A stretch of DNA of 64,000 nt, from assembly GCF_902713615.1 (NCBI RefSeq), contig NW_024056016.1, positions 1 to 64,000 on the forward strand. Reading direction: 5' to 3'. Shown piece after piece: positions 36,611-47,822 of this stretch (position 1 is its first letter; every line of letters begins with the position of its first letter). The position numbers and the translations under genes are program-made. The notes beneath the pieces were generated by a model. That model did no database searches and had not been told where the DNA came from. It saw only the letters and a list, made by a program, of their open reading frames with translations. Source of the DNA: Scyliorhinus canicula. Its lineage: Eukaryota.

Positions 36611-36943
36611 ATAAGGATGTTACATTGGCAGTTGTCCAATCTTCTTGGGGTAAGGTGGGAGGAGCCTGGTGTGGAGTTTATACACCAGCACAGAACAGTT
36701 GGGCCGAATGGCCTGTATCCCTGCTGTTCACTTTCTGAAACTTTCGAATCCATAATCCGTAAATTCTCAGGGAAAAGGATTGTGTCCACCTCTGCTCCGA
36801 GCTGGGAAACCGGACAGATCCCAAAGTGGAAAATGGAAACCTTTAAAATCCAACACAAAACACATTTCTCTCACATCTAACCCGCGGTTCCATTATCACC
36901 GGAATTCCCCATTTTATTGACATTTATTGTACATTTTCTGCAG

Positions 36944-37335
36944 ATCCCAATCCGCGGGAACCGTCCGTCTCTGTCCTCCTGCCCTCGGCTGAAGACGTCT
37001 CCGCTCAGAGATTCATCTCCCTCAGCTGCTTAGTGAGAGGTTTCTCCCCCCGAGAGATCTTCGTCAAGTGGACCGTCAATGACAAGCCAGTGAATCCCGG
37101 CAACTACAAGAACACCGAGGTGATGGCGGAGAACGGCAATAGCTCCTTCTTCATGTACAGCCTGTTATCCATTGCAGCGGAGGAGTGGGCCAGCGGCGCT
37201 TCTTACTCCTGTGTGGTGGGACATGAAGCCATCCCCTTGAAGATCATCAACAGAACGGTTGATAAATCCAGCGGTAAACCCAGTTTTGTGAACATTTCCC
37301 TCGCTCTGATGGACACCGTTAATTCATGTCAATGA
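36944..37335 (+). CDS. IGHM: IgM CH4 exon plus secretory tailpiece (…[24 protein letters not shown])
   Basis: TGCAG acceptor; internal donor G|GTAAAC at 37274 for the membrane form; tailpiece has an N-glycosylation sequon and a penultimate Cys. Confidence 0.97.
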
Positions 37336-37357
37336 GAATCTATGCATTTCGAACTAA

Positions 37358-37380
37358 AATAAAAATAATAAAGTGTTTTT
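37358..37380 (+). terminator. Secretory poly(A) signals
   Basis: AATAAA at 37358-37363 and 37367-37372, followed by GTGTTTTT. Confidence 0.85.
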
Positions 37381-37793
37381 CCTCCAATTGTGATTTAAAT
37401 ACACAGCCGCTTAATTAATGGTGCTTCCACTTTGCTGATATTAGATCTGTTCAATGAGACCCGGATTTCTACAGGTCTCAGTCCCAAGTCTGATACAACC
37501 AGTGCTCCCAGCTCAGATACACCCTGGGTTAGAGACAGAGTAAAACTCATTCATTCCAGGATTCAGCAAAATATCTTCATTGACTTTCCTCCCGCTGAGG
37601 AGAAATCGGACAATTCCCCATTTCAGACAAACAAACCCATCACATTTAGATCTCGGTGTTCCTGCTTCTCTCATTGTCCATCCCTTTAAAATTAATGTCA
37701 GCTTTAAGGTGCTGCATCACACCCACTGGCAACTGAATTGAGGGTCACACAGAAACATCGACCAACAATCACCCGTGAGGGGAAAGTGAAATT

Positions 37794-40700
37794 GTTAATC
37801 CACTGTACCCACACTTCCCCAACAGAGAGAGGGGGAGGGGCTTTAGTTAATCCACTGTACCACCACTTCCCCAGCAGAGAGAGGGGGAGGGGCTTTAGTT
37901 AATCCACTGTACCCCCTGCTGCCCCAACAGAGAGAGGGGGAGGGACATTAGTTAATCCACTGTACCCGCACTTCCTCAACAGAGAGGGGGAGGGGCATTA
38001 GTTAATCCACTGTACCCCCACTTCCCCAACAGAGAGAGGGGGAGGGGCATTAGTTAATCCACTGTCACCCACTTCCCCAACAAAGAGGGGAAGGGGCATT
38101 AGTTAATCCACGGTACCCCCACTTCCTCAACAGAGAGGGGGAGGGGCATTAGTTAATCCACTGTACCCCCACTTCCCCAACAAAGAGGGGAAGGGGCATT
38201 AGTTAATCCACTGTACCCCCACTTCCCCAATAGAGAGGGGGGGAATTAGTTAATCCACTGTATCCGCACATCCCCAATAGGGGGAGGGACATTAGTTAAT
38301 CCACTGTACCCCCTGCTGCCCCAACAGAGAGAGGGGGAGGGGCATTAGTTAATCCACTGTACCCGCACTTCCTCAACAGAGAGGGGGAGGGGCATTAGTT
38401 AATCCACTGTACCCCCACTTCCCCAACAGAGAGAGGGGGAGGGGCATTAGTTAATCCAGTGTACCCCCACTTCCCCAACAAAGAGCAAAGGGGCATTAGT
38501 TAATCCACGGTACCCCCACTTCCTCAACAGAGAGGGGGAGGGGCATTAGTTAATCCACTGTACCCCCACTTCCCCAACAGAGAGAGGGGGAGGGGCATTA
38601 GTTAATCCAGTGTACCCCCACTTCCCCAACAAAGAGGGGAAGGGGCATTAGTTAATCCACGGTACCTCCACTTCCTCAACAGAGAGGGGGAGGTGCATTA
38701 GTTAATCCACTGTACCCCCACTTCCCCAACAAAGAGGGGAAGGGGCATTAGTTAATACACGGTACCCCCACTTCCTCAACAGAGAGGGGGAGGGGCATTA
38801 GTTAATCCACTGTACCCCCACTTCCCAACAGAGAGAGGGGGAGTGGCATTAGTTAATCCACTGTACCCCCACTTCCCCAATAGAGAGAGGGGGAGGGGCA
38901 TTAGTTAATCCACTGTACCCCCACTTCCCCAACAGAGAGAGGGGGAGGGGCATTAGTTAATCCAGTGTACCCCCACTTCCCCAACAAAGAGGGGAAGGGG
39001 CATTAGTTAATCCACGGTACCCCCACTTCCTCAACAGAGAGGGGGAGGGGCATTAGTTAATCCACTGTACCCCCCACTTCCCCAACAAAGAGGGGAAGGG
39101 GCATTAGTTAATACACGGTACCCCCACTTCCTCAACAGAGAGGGGGAGGGGCATTAGTTAATCCACTGTACCCCCACTTCCCAACAGAGAGAGGGGGAGT
39201 GGCATTAGTTAATCCACTGTACCCCCACTTCCCCAATAGAGAGAGGGGTGGGTTAGTTAATCCACTGTACCCCCACTTCCCAACAGAGAGAGGGGGAGGG
39301 GCTTTAGTTAACCCACTGTACCCCCAGCTCCTCAACAGAGAGATGGGGAAGGTCTTTAGTAAATTCATTATACCCCCACTTCCTCAACAGAGAGAGGGGG
39401 AGGAGCTTTAGTTAATCCACTGTACCCCCACTTCCCAACAGAGAGAGGGGGAGTGGCATTAGTTAATCCACTGTACCCCCACTTCCCCAATAGAGAGAGG
39501 GGGAGGGGCATTAGTTAATCCACTGTGCCCCCACTTCCCCAACAGAGAGACGGGGAGGGGCTTTAGTTAATCCACTGTACCTCCACTTCCCCAACAGGGA
39601 GAGGGGAGGGGCATTAGTTAATCCACGGTACCTCCACTTCCTCAACAGAGAGGGGGAGGTGCATTAGTTAATCCACTGTACCCCCACTTCCCCAACAAAG
39701 AGGGGAAGGGGCATTAGTTAATACACGGTACCCCCACTTCCTCAACAGAGAGGGGGAGGGGCATTAGTTAATCCACTGTACCCCCACTTCCCAACAGAGA
39801 GAGGGGGAGTGGCATTAGTTAATCCACTGTACCCCCACTTCCCCAATAGAGAGAGGGGGAGGGGCATTAGTTAATCCACTGTACCCCCACTTCCCCAACA
39901 GAGAGAGGGGGAGGGGCATTAGTTAATCCAGTGTACCCCCACTTCCCCAACAAAGAGGGGAAGGGGCATTAGTTAATCCACGGTACCCCCACTTCCTCAA
40001 CAGAGAGGGGGAGGGGCATTAGTTAATCCACTGTACCCCCCACTTCCCCAACAAAGAGGGGAAGGGGCATTAGTTAATACACGGTACCCCCACTTCCTCA
40101 ACAGAGAGGGGGAGGGGCATTAGTTAATCCACTGTACCCCCACTTCCCAACAGAGAGAGGGGGAGTGGCATTAGTTAATCCACTGTACCCCCACTTCCCC
40201 AATAGAGAGAGGGGAGGGTTAGTTAATCCACTGTACCCCCACTTCCCAACAGAGAGAGGGGGAGGGGCTTTAGTTAACCCACTGTACCCCCAGCTCCTCA
40301 ACAGAGAGATGGGGAAGGTCTTTAGTAAATTCATTATACCCCCACTTCCTCAACAGAGAGAGGGGGAGGAGCTTTAGTTAATCCACTGTACCCCCACTTC
40401 CCAACAGAGAGAGGGGGAGTGGCATTAGTTAATCCACTGTACCCCCACTTCCCCAATAGAGAGAGGGGGAGGGGCATTAGTTAATCCACTGTGCCCCCAC
40501 TTCCCCAACAGAGAGACGGGGAGGGGCTTTAGTTAATCCACTGTACCTCCACTTCCCCAACAGGGAGAGGGGAGGGGCATTAGTTAATCCACTGTACCCC
40601 CACTTCCCCAACAGAGAGAGGGTTGGGGCATTAGTTAATCCACTGTACCCGCACTTCCCCAACAGAGAGAGGGGGAGGGGCATTAGTTAATCCACTTTAC

Positions 40701-40860
40701 CCCCACTTCCCCAATAGGGGGAGGGGCATTAGTTTATCCACTGTACCCCCACTTCCTCAACAGAGAGGGGGAGGGGCTTTAGTTAATCTACTGTACCCCC
40801 ACTTCCCAACAGAGGGAGGGGGAGGGGCTTTAGTTAATCCACCGTAACCCAATTCCACAA
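37794..40860. repeat. ~52-bp minisatellite (GGCATTAGTTAATCCACTGTACCCCCACTTCCCCAACAGAGAGAGGGGGAGG) with a 966-bp higher-order duplication
   Basis: Unit read directly; diagnostic variants recur exactly 966 bp apart (38661/39627, 39551/40517). Confidence 0.95.
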
Positions 40861-41419
40861 CAAAGAGAGCCAAGGGGCAATACTAACCCATTTTACCTCC
40901 ACTTTCCCGACCAAAAGAGGAGGAAGGTGATGAGTGAACTCTCTGTATCTCCACCTCCAGCAGGGAGAACCCAAAGGCAATTTGCTGAGTTGACCAGAGC
41001 GAGGGAGATTATTAATCCAATATCTTCCCAGTCCCCAAGCAGGGAGTTTGGAAGTAAACGGTTCCACAGACTAAGAACTCAGTTACTGACATTACAAGAC
41101 TGCATGTAGCTTACTGGCTGAAGGCTTTAAAAGGCCATCATGATAAAGATGTTCTTAAAATATCTATTTATGCAACGGAATTTTTTAGCACTCTTGTTCC
41201 TCTTATCCGTATGCTGAAACCGATTCACCAGAATCCAAATCCAGGCTGGTGATTGAATTCTCGCTGGGTTTTCACTGTTCTCTCCTGAGGCACCTCCTTG
41301 TATTTGTGCATTAGGTCACCTGATGTCAGCTTGCAACTCACAGAAAACACATTTATAAGCAGAAAGTTCAACATATTCTACATCGGTACCAATAATACCC
41401 ACAACTGGCAAAGCTACAG

Positions 41420-42720
41420 GCAGCTGATACAAATACACAGACAGATAAACAGACACAGACACTACACATACATGCACACAGACCCACAAACACACACACG
41501 CTCACACGTAGACACAAACACAAACATGGACACACACATAGAAACACATGCATAAACATACACCCAGGCACAACGAACCACACATATTGTGACATAAAAA
41601 CACACGCAAACGTGCGTAAAAATTCACAAACATGCACATAAACACAAACAGGCACACGTGCACATCCACACATAGACACACAAATCCACACACACAGGTG
41701 GCTACACAAATGTACACAAAGACACATACAGCCACATGTCCACACAGATACACAAACATATAAAACCAGACAAACAGACTGACAGAAGAATATTAAACAC
41801 AAATGTAACCAATAACATATACATTAGCAGAATTTCACAATGACAGAAATATTTCCATTTAGAGACAATAATCCACAGTAACACACTTATGGACACATGT
41901 AGACACATATTAGCAGACTCGTACACACGCTAACACGAACACATATGAATACACATAGAATCATCAATACACATCAATAGATAGTTATAAACAACCATCA
42001 TACGAATAAATAGTGCTGCTGCCTCACAGCACCATAAACCCGGGTTCAATTCCAGCCTTGGGTGCTTGTGTGGAGTTCCCACGTTCTCCAGTGTCTGTTC
42101 CTGTTTCCTCCGAGTGCTCCGGTTTCCTCCCACAGTCCAAAGATGTGCGGGTTCGGTGGATTGGTCAGGCTATATTACCCCTTAGTGCCCACAACGTTAG
42201 GTGGGGATACGATGTTCTGGGGACAGGGCAGGGGCATGCGCCCAGAGTGCTCTTTCGGAGGGTCGGTGCAGTCTCAATGGGCCGAATAGCCTCGTTCGGC
42301 ACAGTCGGGATTATCCGATGATGATTCTATGATGAAATACACACATCAACAAACACACACACACAAACGCACTTACCCAGACACAAACATTAAGACACTG
42401 ACATGCATGTTGAACGTATAAAGACACATTAACATTTTTATTACTGGGCAGGGAAGTATAAACTTATATTAACACAGACATTAATATATAAACATAGATT
42501 TCAACGCACAAACACACACAATAAACACTCATATATAAACATTGACTTAAGATAAATTTACCCAAAGGCGCTGACACACAGGTACACAGATCAATACTCA
42601 TTGACACATGAACACACACAATGACACTTATAAAGACATCGGGACACACAAATGAAGAGTAAAGAAAAACGAATTTCGCATCTACACAGACACAAAAGCT
42701 AAAGAACAAACACAAACATC
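41420..42720. repeat. Degenerate CA-rich low-complexity tract interrupted by a SINE
   Basis: ACACAC/ACATA-rich sequence on both sides of 42013-42333. Confidence 0.8.
42013..42333 (+). mobile_element. HE1-type SINE
   Basis: V-domain CCCACAGTCCAAAGATGTGCGGGTT…; LINE-type tail ATGATTCTATG. Confidence 0.85.
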
Positions 42721-42726
42721 AGACAA

Positions 42727-42956
42727 GGGCGGCACGGTGACGCAATGGTTAGCACTGCTGCCTCAGGATCCCGCTCCTGGGTCTCTGTCCCTGTGGAGTT
42801 CCCCGTGACCCGTGGATCTTACCCCGACAACCCAATGATGCGCAGGCTAGGTGGATTGGCCATGCTAACGTGCCCCATAATTGGAAGAAAAAAGTTACAG
42901 AGATCGATTTCCGAGTGTCATGAACTCAACAGTAGATATGCAATGAAAATATATTA
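42727..42956 (+). mobile_element. HE1-type SINE, internally deleted
   Basis: Head GGGCGGCACGGTGACGCAATGGTTAGCACTGCTGCCTC; partial V-domain. Confidence 0.75.
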
Positions 42957-43225
42957 AAGAATGAATTAGCAGCGGGAGAAAATGATACGGGAATATTAAA
43001 AACAAAACGTGTATTAAATTAAATTTAAAATGCTTATTGTCACGAGTAGGCTTCAATGAAGTTACTGTGAAAAGCCCCTAGTCGCCACATTCCGGCACCT
43101 GTCCGGGGAGGCTGGTACAGGAATCGAACCGTGCTGCTGGCCTGCTTGGTAAGCCAGCTGAGTGAGCTAAACCAGCCCCTATTAACAAACAATCTGATTA
43201 TATTTATTCGGCTCTATTCCCGTAG

Positions 43226-43353
43226 ATACCACAGACCACACCTGGACTGAAGACGATGAGGATGATAATGGGAACATCTGGACAACCGCTTCCACATTCA
43301 TCACCCTGTTCTTCCTGAGCATTTCCTACAGCGCTGCAGTCACTCTGGTGAAG
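43226..43353 (+). CDS. IGHM: IgM TM1 exon (DTTDHTWTEDDEDDNGNIWTTASTFITLFFLSISYSAAVTLVK)
   Basis: CCCGTAG acceptor in phase with the CH4 internal donor; acidic spacer and the conserved Ig TM motif WTTASTFITLF.LS..YS..VT; donor AAG|GTGAGA. Confidence 0.96.
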
Positions 43354-43490
43354 GTGAGAAGATTCAATCCACTCACACTTCAAACTGACAGAGGCCGTTT
43401 AAAAACACTAAATGTTTGATTGATTAAAAACTCTAACATCAATGTCCCAGATCATAAACATCTGCTTCATCATTTCTCTCTCTTTTACAG

Positions 43491-43499
43491 ATCAAGTGA
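43491..43499 (+). CDS. IGHM: IgM TM2 exon (IK*)
   Basis: Polypyrimidine tract TTTCTCTCTCTTTTACAG then ATC AAG TGA. Confidence 0.92.
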   Translation: MK

Positions 43500-43904
43500 T
43501 CGGTTGACGTTCGGATGCTGTAGATTTTCCTCAGCTGTTTATTATGATCTGTGTGTGACAGAAATACAATATCTCCTCTTGGTGACTCTAACAGTAAAAT
43601 TTACTCAGTTTATTATTCTGCATCTGTAACTGAGACAATCATGGACAGTATTTCTGCTTTTCAGTTTGAAATGTACGAGATAATTTTGGCTGTTCTGTAA
43701 TTGTAGCTAGTAATTTCTTTCAATGTCATGTCTCAATAAGTATCTTATCACGTACCTTATTTACAACAGTTGCCTTCCCTTTATGTTGAGCTCCTGTTCT
43801 CTCTTGTGCCTGTTACAGTTGTACATACATTTGGCAGCTCAGAGGGCATGTGTTCTGTTCTCAGTGTGACCCTCAATCGATATGTTCCCTTTTGTAAACA
43901 TCAA

Positions 43905-43945
43905 AATAAACTTTTGTGTAATATTTTCTCTGAAATTTTAATAAA
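43905..43945 (+). terminator. Membrane-form poly(A) signals
   Basis: AATAAA at 43905-43910 and 43940-43945. Confidence 0.7.
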
Positions 43946-44339
43946 TATTGAATGAAAAATGAAGAAAAAAAGACTAATCTGAACTCCTTTCTCTAAGGTC
44001 CATCGGCACTGATCCTTTTCCCCGATTATACAGTTTCCTCCCCTTTCCCAGACAGATATTTCTCACCAGTCCTGTCTGGGATGTGTCTGAACTCAAGGCC
44101 CCTCAGTGAAACGGCCACTGCGCCACCATGCGGCCCATCCGGGTTAAGACACCTTCACCTTTGCCTTTTTATGGTAAACTCGAGAGGCAGAATGATTTCA
44201 CAGCTGAAGAATTCCACAGATTCACTACCCTCTGATGGAAGAAATGTCTCCTCATCTCTGTCCTAAATTTGAACCCCTTCCTCTGAGATTATGCCTCTGG
44301 CCCTAGACTCTCCCACAAGAGGAAAGAAGATGATTTTTT

Positions 44340-44580
44340 AGGCTGTGTAACTGGTTAAATCTTTTCCACAGTCAGTCCACTCAGGTGTGTGTGGGTCTCG
44401 GGGCTTTTCCAGTCACACTGATGTTTGAAATCTCTTCCCACAGTCAGAACAGACAAACACATTGACAGTTTGTGATATTTAGATGCTAATGAATTGAGTG
44501 ACTGTCAGATCTTGATGTTATATTTGCATATGTCTAATGCCTGAAAAAGAAGTTTACAAAAATGATCACCAGAAGAACAG
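44340..44580 (-). pseudogene. C2H2 ZNF remnant (unit A)
   Basis: Reverse complement reads GTGTTTGTCTGTTCTGACTGTGGGAAGAGATTTCAAACATCAGTGTGACTGGAAAAGC, homologous to 50960-51030 and 62190-62250. Confidence 0.7.
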
Positions 44581-44699
44581 GGTAGAAATTCACAACAGAT
44601 CATTTTATTTTCTATCCAACCTTCTTTCCTCTCTTGCTTTCCCCAAGCATGTGGTCCAGTCAAAATAAAAGACCAAAATCAGCTAGAAACCACAACAAA

Positions 44700-44955
44700 A
44701 GTGTGACTGCCTGTGCGGAGTCTGCCCGTTCCCACCGTGTCTGCGTGGGTTTCCTCCGGGTGCTCCGGTTTCCTCCCAAAGTCCAAAGATGTGCAGGTCA
44801 GGTGTGGCCATGCTAAATTGCCCTTATGTTAGATGGGGTTGCTAGGTTACAGGGATGGGGTGGAGGTGTGGTCTTAAGTAGGGTGCTCTTTCCAAGAGCC
44901 GGTGCAGACTTGATGGGCCGAATGGCCTCCTTCTGCACTATAAATTCTATAATTG
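44700..44955 (+). mobile_element. HE1-type SINE, 5'-truncated
   Basis: V-domain and LINE-type tail GGGCCGAATGGCCTCCTTCTGCACT. Confidence 0.85.
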
Positions 44956-45269
44956 TATCTCTATGTATTGAACAATCCAGGGAGGTAGGAGAGAGGCAGG
45001 GAAATGAGAGCCGGAAGGAAGGCGCGGGTTACATTAACGAACATGGTATCTCCAGGAGTAGGGAACGAGGAGAATAAAGACAAAAGACAGGAGCAATGGC
45101 AGAAGCAGAGGTGAGCGCAAGACGGCAGCGAGATCCGTTCGGGAGAAGCAAGCGACAACACCAACACCAAACCCATTCGAGTATTGCCCACTGTAATTGT
45201 TTCTCCGGCACCCGAATGTATATTTACCTCCCCAATCTCCCCCCCCTCCCCCCCCACCCCGGCCCGCCC

Positions 45270-45552
45270 GCAAACAGTCGCTTACTTATGTGTTGTAAAT
45301 AATTTTGCCAGGTGTACCGAGTTGCTGCTGTTGAGCTGGTGCACAATATCCTACCAGTTATTCTATTTTATTTTTTATTGTATTTTTAAAAATTATTCAC
45401 TATTTTCTTTTCTTTGGTATGTTGAGGTGTGTCCTTCTCTTCTATACATGTGTGTGTGTATATATATATATATATATGTTTCTTATCCTGTGTACATAAC
45501 GGTAAATATACTTTGTTCAAAATCCCAACAAAAAACATTTACCAAAAAAAAA
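45270..45552 (+). mobile_element. Probable L1/Tx1-type 3' UTR with A-tail
   Basis: T-rich tract, (TA)n, ending …AAAAAACATTTACCAAAAAAAAA. Confidence 0.4.
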
Positions 45553-45599
45553 TGTATTGCTCAATCAGCGAGTCAGCCTGAAATCTGCCTCACAATGCC

Positions 45600-46000
45600 C
45601 GGGTGATTGACGGCAGCTCCAGACCAATAGGAAGAGGAGGGGCGGTACTGGAGGGCCGAACGGGAGCGGCTGGTCCTCCATCCAATCGGAGTGAATGAGG
45701 GGCGGGGCCCGCTGTGATTGAAGCATGCGCAGTGTGGATAATGGCGATGTAGAAGGATGTGTTTTTCAGATCGGAAATCGGTATGAGGCGTTTAACAATA
45801 CGGAGGGAGCGAGAGATCGCAGGGGTGGGCGGAAACGTTGTGTAAAGTTGTTGCAATCGCAAACCTCGGAAATGTTTACGGGACCCAGTTTGTACCGAGC
45901 GGAGCTGCAGCTCCTCATCTTCGGCTCAAGTTCACGGCCGCCATTTGTATTGGATGTGCATCAGGGCGCATGCGCGTTTCTCATTGTTGTCGGGGCGATG
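45600..46000. promoter_or_regulatory. CpG-rich housekeeping-type, probably bidirectional, promoter
   Basis: CCAAT 45624 and 45682; GGGGCGGGGC 45699-45708; GCATGCGCA 45723; YY1-type CGGCCGCCATTT 45935-45946; NRF1 palindrome GCGCATGCGC 45966-45975. Confidence 0.7.
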
Positions 46001-46299
46001 TTTCAATGAGTGGGAGGGGCTTGTTCCCCATTGTTCAGAATGGAGACAACTTGTCCATCAAACTGGATTAGTCTTTCAGTCCCAATGTCTTATTGATGAT
46101 GCAAAGCGGTGGCAGAGATAGGAAGCCAATCCTGCTCTCCAGATTTCACTGTCTCATTGTCCATCCTGCCCGGTGTGTCCAAAGCTCTGCGGCCCTGTTT
46201 AGCCACATTAAGACCCAAACCAGAAACTCACAACCCGAAGTTAACATGACCCTCAAATCAAGGGACTGCTGATGCCGAGGGTCAGTGTGCAGCGGGGCG

Positions 46300-46620
46300 G
46301 GGGCGGCATGAGCGGTAATCCTGGACCAGGGAGCAGGAGGAGAGGTTGTTGTGAATTTCTGTACTGAACTGACTAATTGATTTTGGAAACTCCTTTTACA
46401 GGGGATTAGTAGGGGAGGATTTACACACAGCAAATTCAAACCAGGAGAAATGTTTATCTTTCCTGAATTTTATTTCTGGACTGACAGTGATGCCTTTGTA
46501 AACTTCTTTCACAGGGTCTTAGAAAGGGACAGGAAACTCACAACCAATCCTCACATCAAATTCTGACAGCACTTTTCTGGTGATCAGGACCTGGAGATTA
46601 TTGACCTTTTTGTGTGAGCA
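46300..46620 (+). pseudogene. ZNF 5' exon/intron remnant (unit B)
   Basis: TTTTGGAAACTCCTTTTACAG|GGGATTAG…GGAGGATTTAC…CAAACC is homologous to the last-exon starts at 50842, 62070 and 63862; no fingers follow. Confidence 0.55.
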
Positions 46621-47021
46621 TTGAGTTCAAATCATTACCACACTGTGTAGATTTTCTCCCTCATATCTCCCCTGTAGATCTTGCTCACAATCTTAAATCT
46701 ATGTCCCATAATCCTTTTACAATCTGCTATTGAACAGCTTTTCTTTATCTTTTGCCGGGTTTGCTGTTGTCATTTCCGGTGCCTGGGTCGCTGCCGGGAG
46801 GTCTGTCCGGTTTCATTCCCTTTTCCTGTTTTTGTAGCGGTTGAATGGGCTTGGACCAGTTCATTTAAGATCCAGAAAACAGTTGAAATCTCCTCCAAGA
46901 ATTAATTGATGTGTATCCATGTATGGGGGAACAATTCTTTTTACAAATGCCACATTGACCTAATTAGGGGCACACCCATTCACCAGCATCACCAATGTAC
47001 CCGCCAACCACCCACTGACCA

Positions 47022-47484
47022 CCGTGGTTACACTGCTGCCTCACGGCGCCGGGATCCCAGGTTCGGGTCACTGTCTGTGTGGAGTTTGCACATTCACCCC
47101 GTGTTTGCCTTGGTTTCGGCTCCACAACCCAAAGATGTCCAGGGTAGGTGGATTAGTCACGCTAAATTGCCCCTCAATCGGAAAAAATGAATTGAGCACT
47201 CTAAATTCATATTTAAAAAAAACATTAACACTGCAATGAAGTTACTGTGAAAAGCCCCTGGTCGCCACATTCCGGCGCCTGTTTGGGTACACAGAGGGAG
47301 AATTCAGAATGTCCAAATGACTTAACAGCATGTCTTTCGTGACTAGTGAGATTAAACCAGAGCACCCGGAGGAAACCCACGTAGACACAGGGAGAACATG
47401 CAGACTCCGCACAGACAGTGACCCAAGCCAGGAATCGCACCTGGGATCCTGGAGCTGTGAAGCAACAGTGTTACCCACTGTGCT
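47022..47484. mobile_element. Two HE1-type SINEs tail-to-tail (+ 47022-47222, - 47223-47484)
   Basis: Both show head and V-domain. Confidence 0.85.
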
Positions 47485-47537
47485 ACAGTTACTACCCCTT
47501 AAAACATGTTGCTTGGCCAACAGAAAACATTATCAAA

Positions 47538-47627
47538 GGGCTTGTCCGGGATTTGAACCCGGGGCCTCCCGCAAATTTCGAAACCAAAACACCCGAAGTG
47601 ATAATCATACTCCCAGACCAATGAGCC
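47538..47627 (-). tRNA. tRNA-Pro(CGG) with an 18-nt insert at the canonical intron position; probably a pseudogene
   Basis: GGCTCATTGGTCTGGGAGTATGATTATCACTTCGGG[TGTTTTGGTTTCGAAATT]TGCGGGAGGCCCCGGGTTCAAATCCCGGACAAGCCC aligns to vertebrate tRNA-Pro; acceptor and anticodon stems carry mismatches; T-runs follow. Confidence 0.85.
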
Positions 47628-47822
47628 CCTCAATGAAGGCAGTCGCCTCCTCTGGAGTCTCAAAATCAAAGTCTTTGGACTCATCTGCAACTCGTAGCTT
47701 TGCTGGGTAAACCACCCCGAATGGAACTCCTTTTTGCGATAGAGCAGCCTGAACCTTATTAAAGGCCGCTCGCTTCCTCGCCAACTCGGCTCCCACGTCT
47801 TGGTAAATCCTCACTAGGATAA
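47628..47822 (-). mobile_element. L1-clade ORF1 C-terminal fragment
   Basis: RIYQDVGAELARKRAAFNKVQAAL…FGVVYPAKLRV…FETPEEA matches the L1 ORF1p RRM-end/CTD pattern (YPAKL…F..PEEA). Confidence 0.8.

Noticed and set aside
37794-40860. CRISPR-like look (constant GGCATTAGTTAATCCACTGTACC every ~52 bp)
   Set aside because: The intervening sequence is also repeated rather than unique, there are no cas genes, and the context is a vertebrate Ig intron.
44522-44529. Perfect octamer ATTTGCAT 3' of the IgM gene
   Set aside because: It is a single 8-mer inside a decayed ZNF remnant, and about two are expected by chance in 64 kb over both strands.
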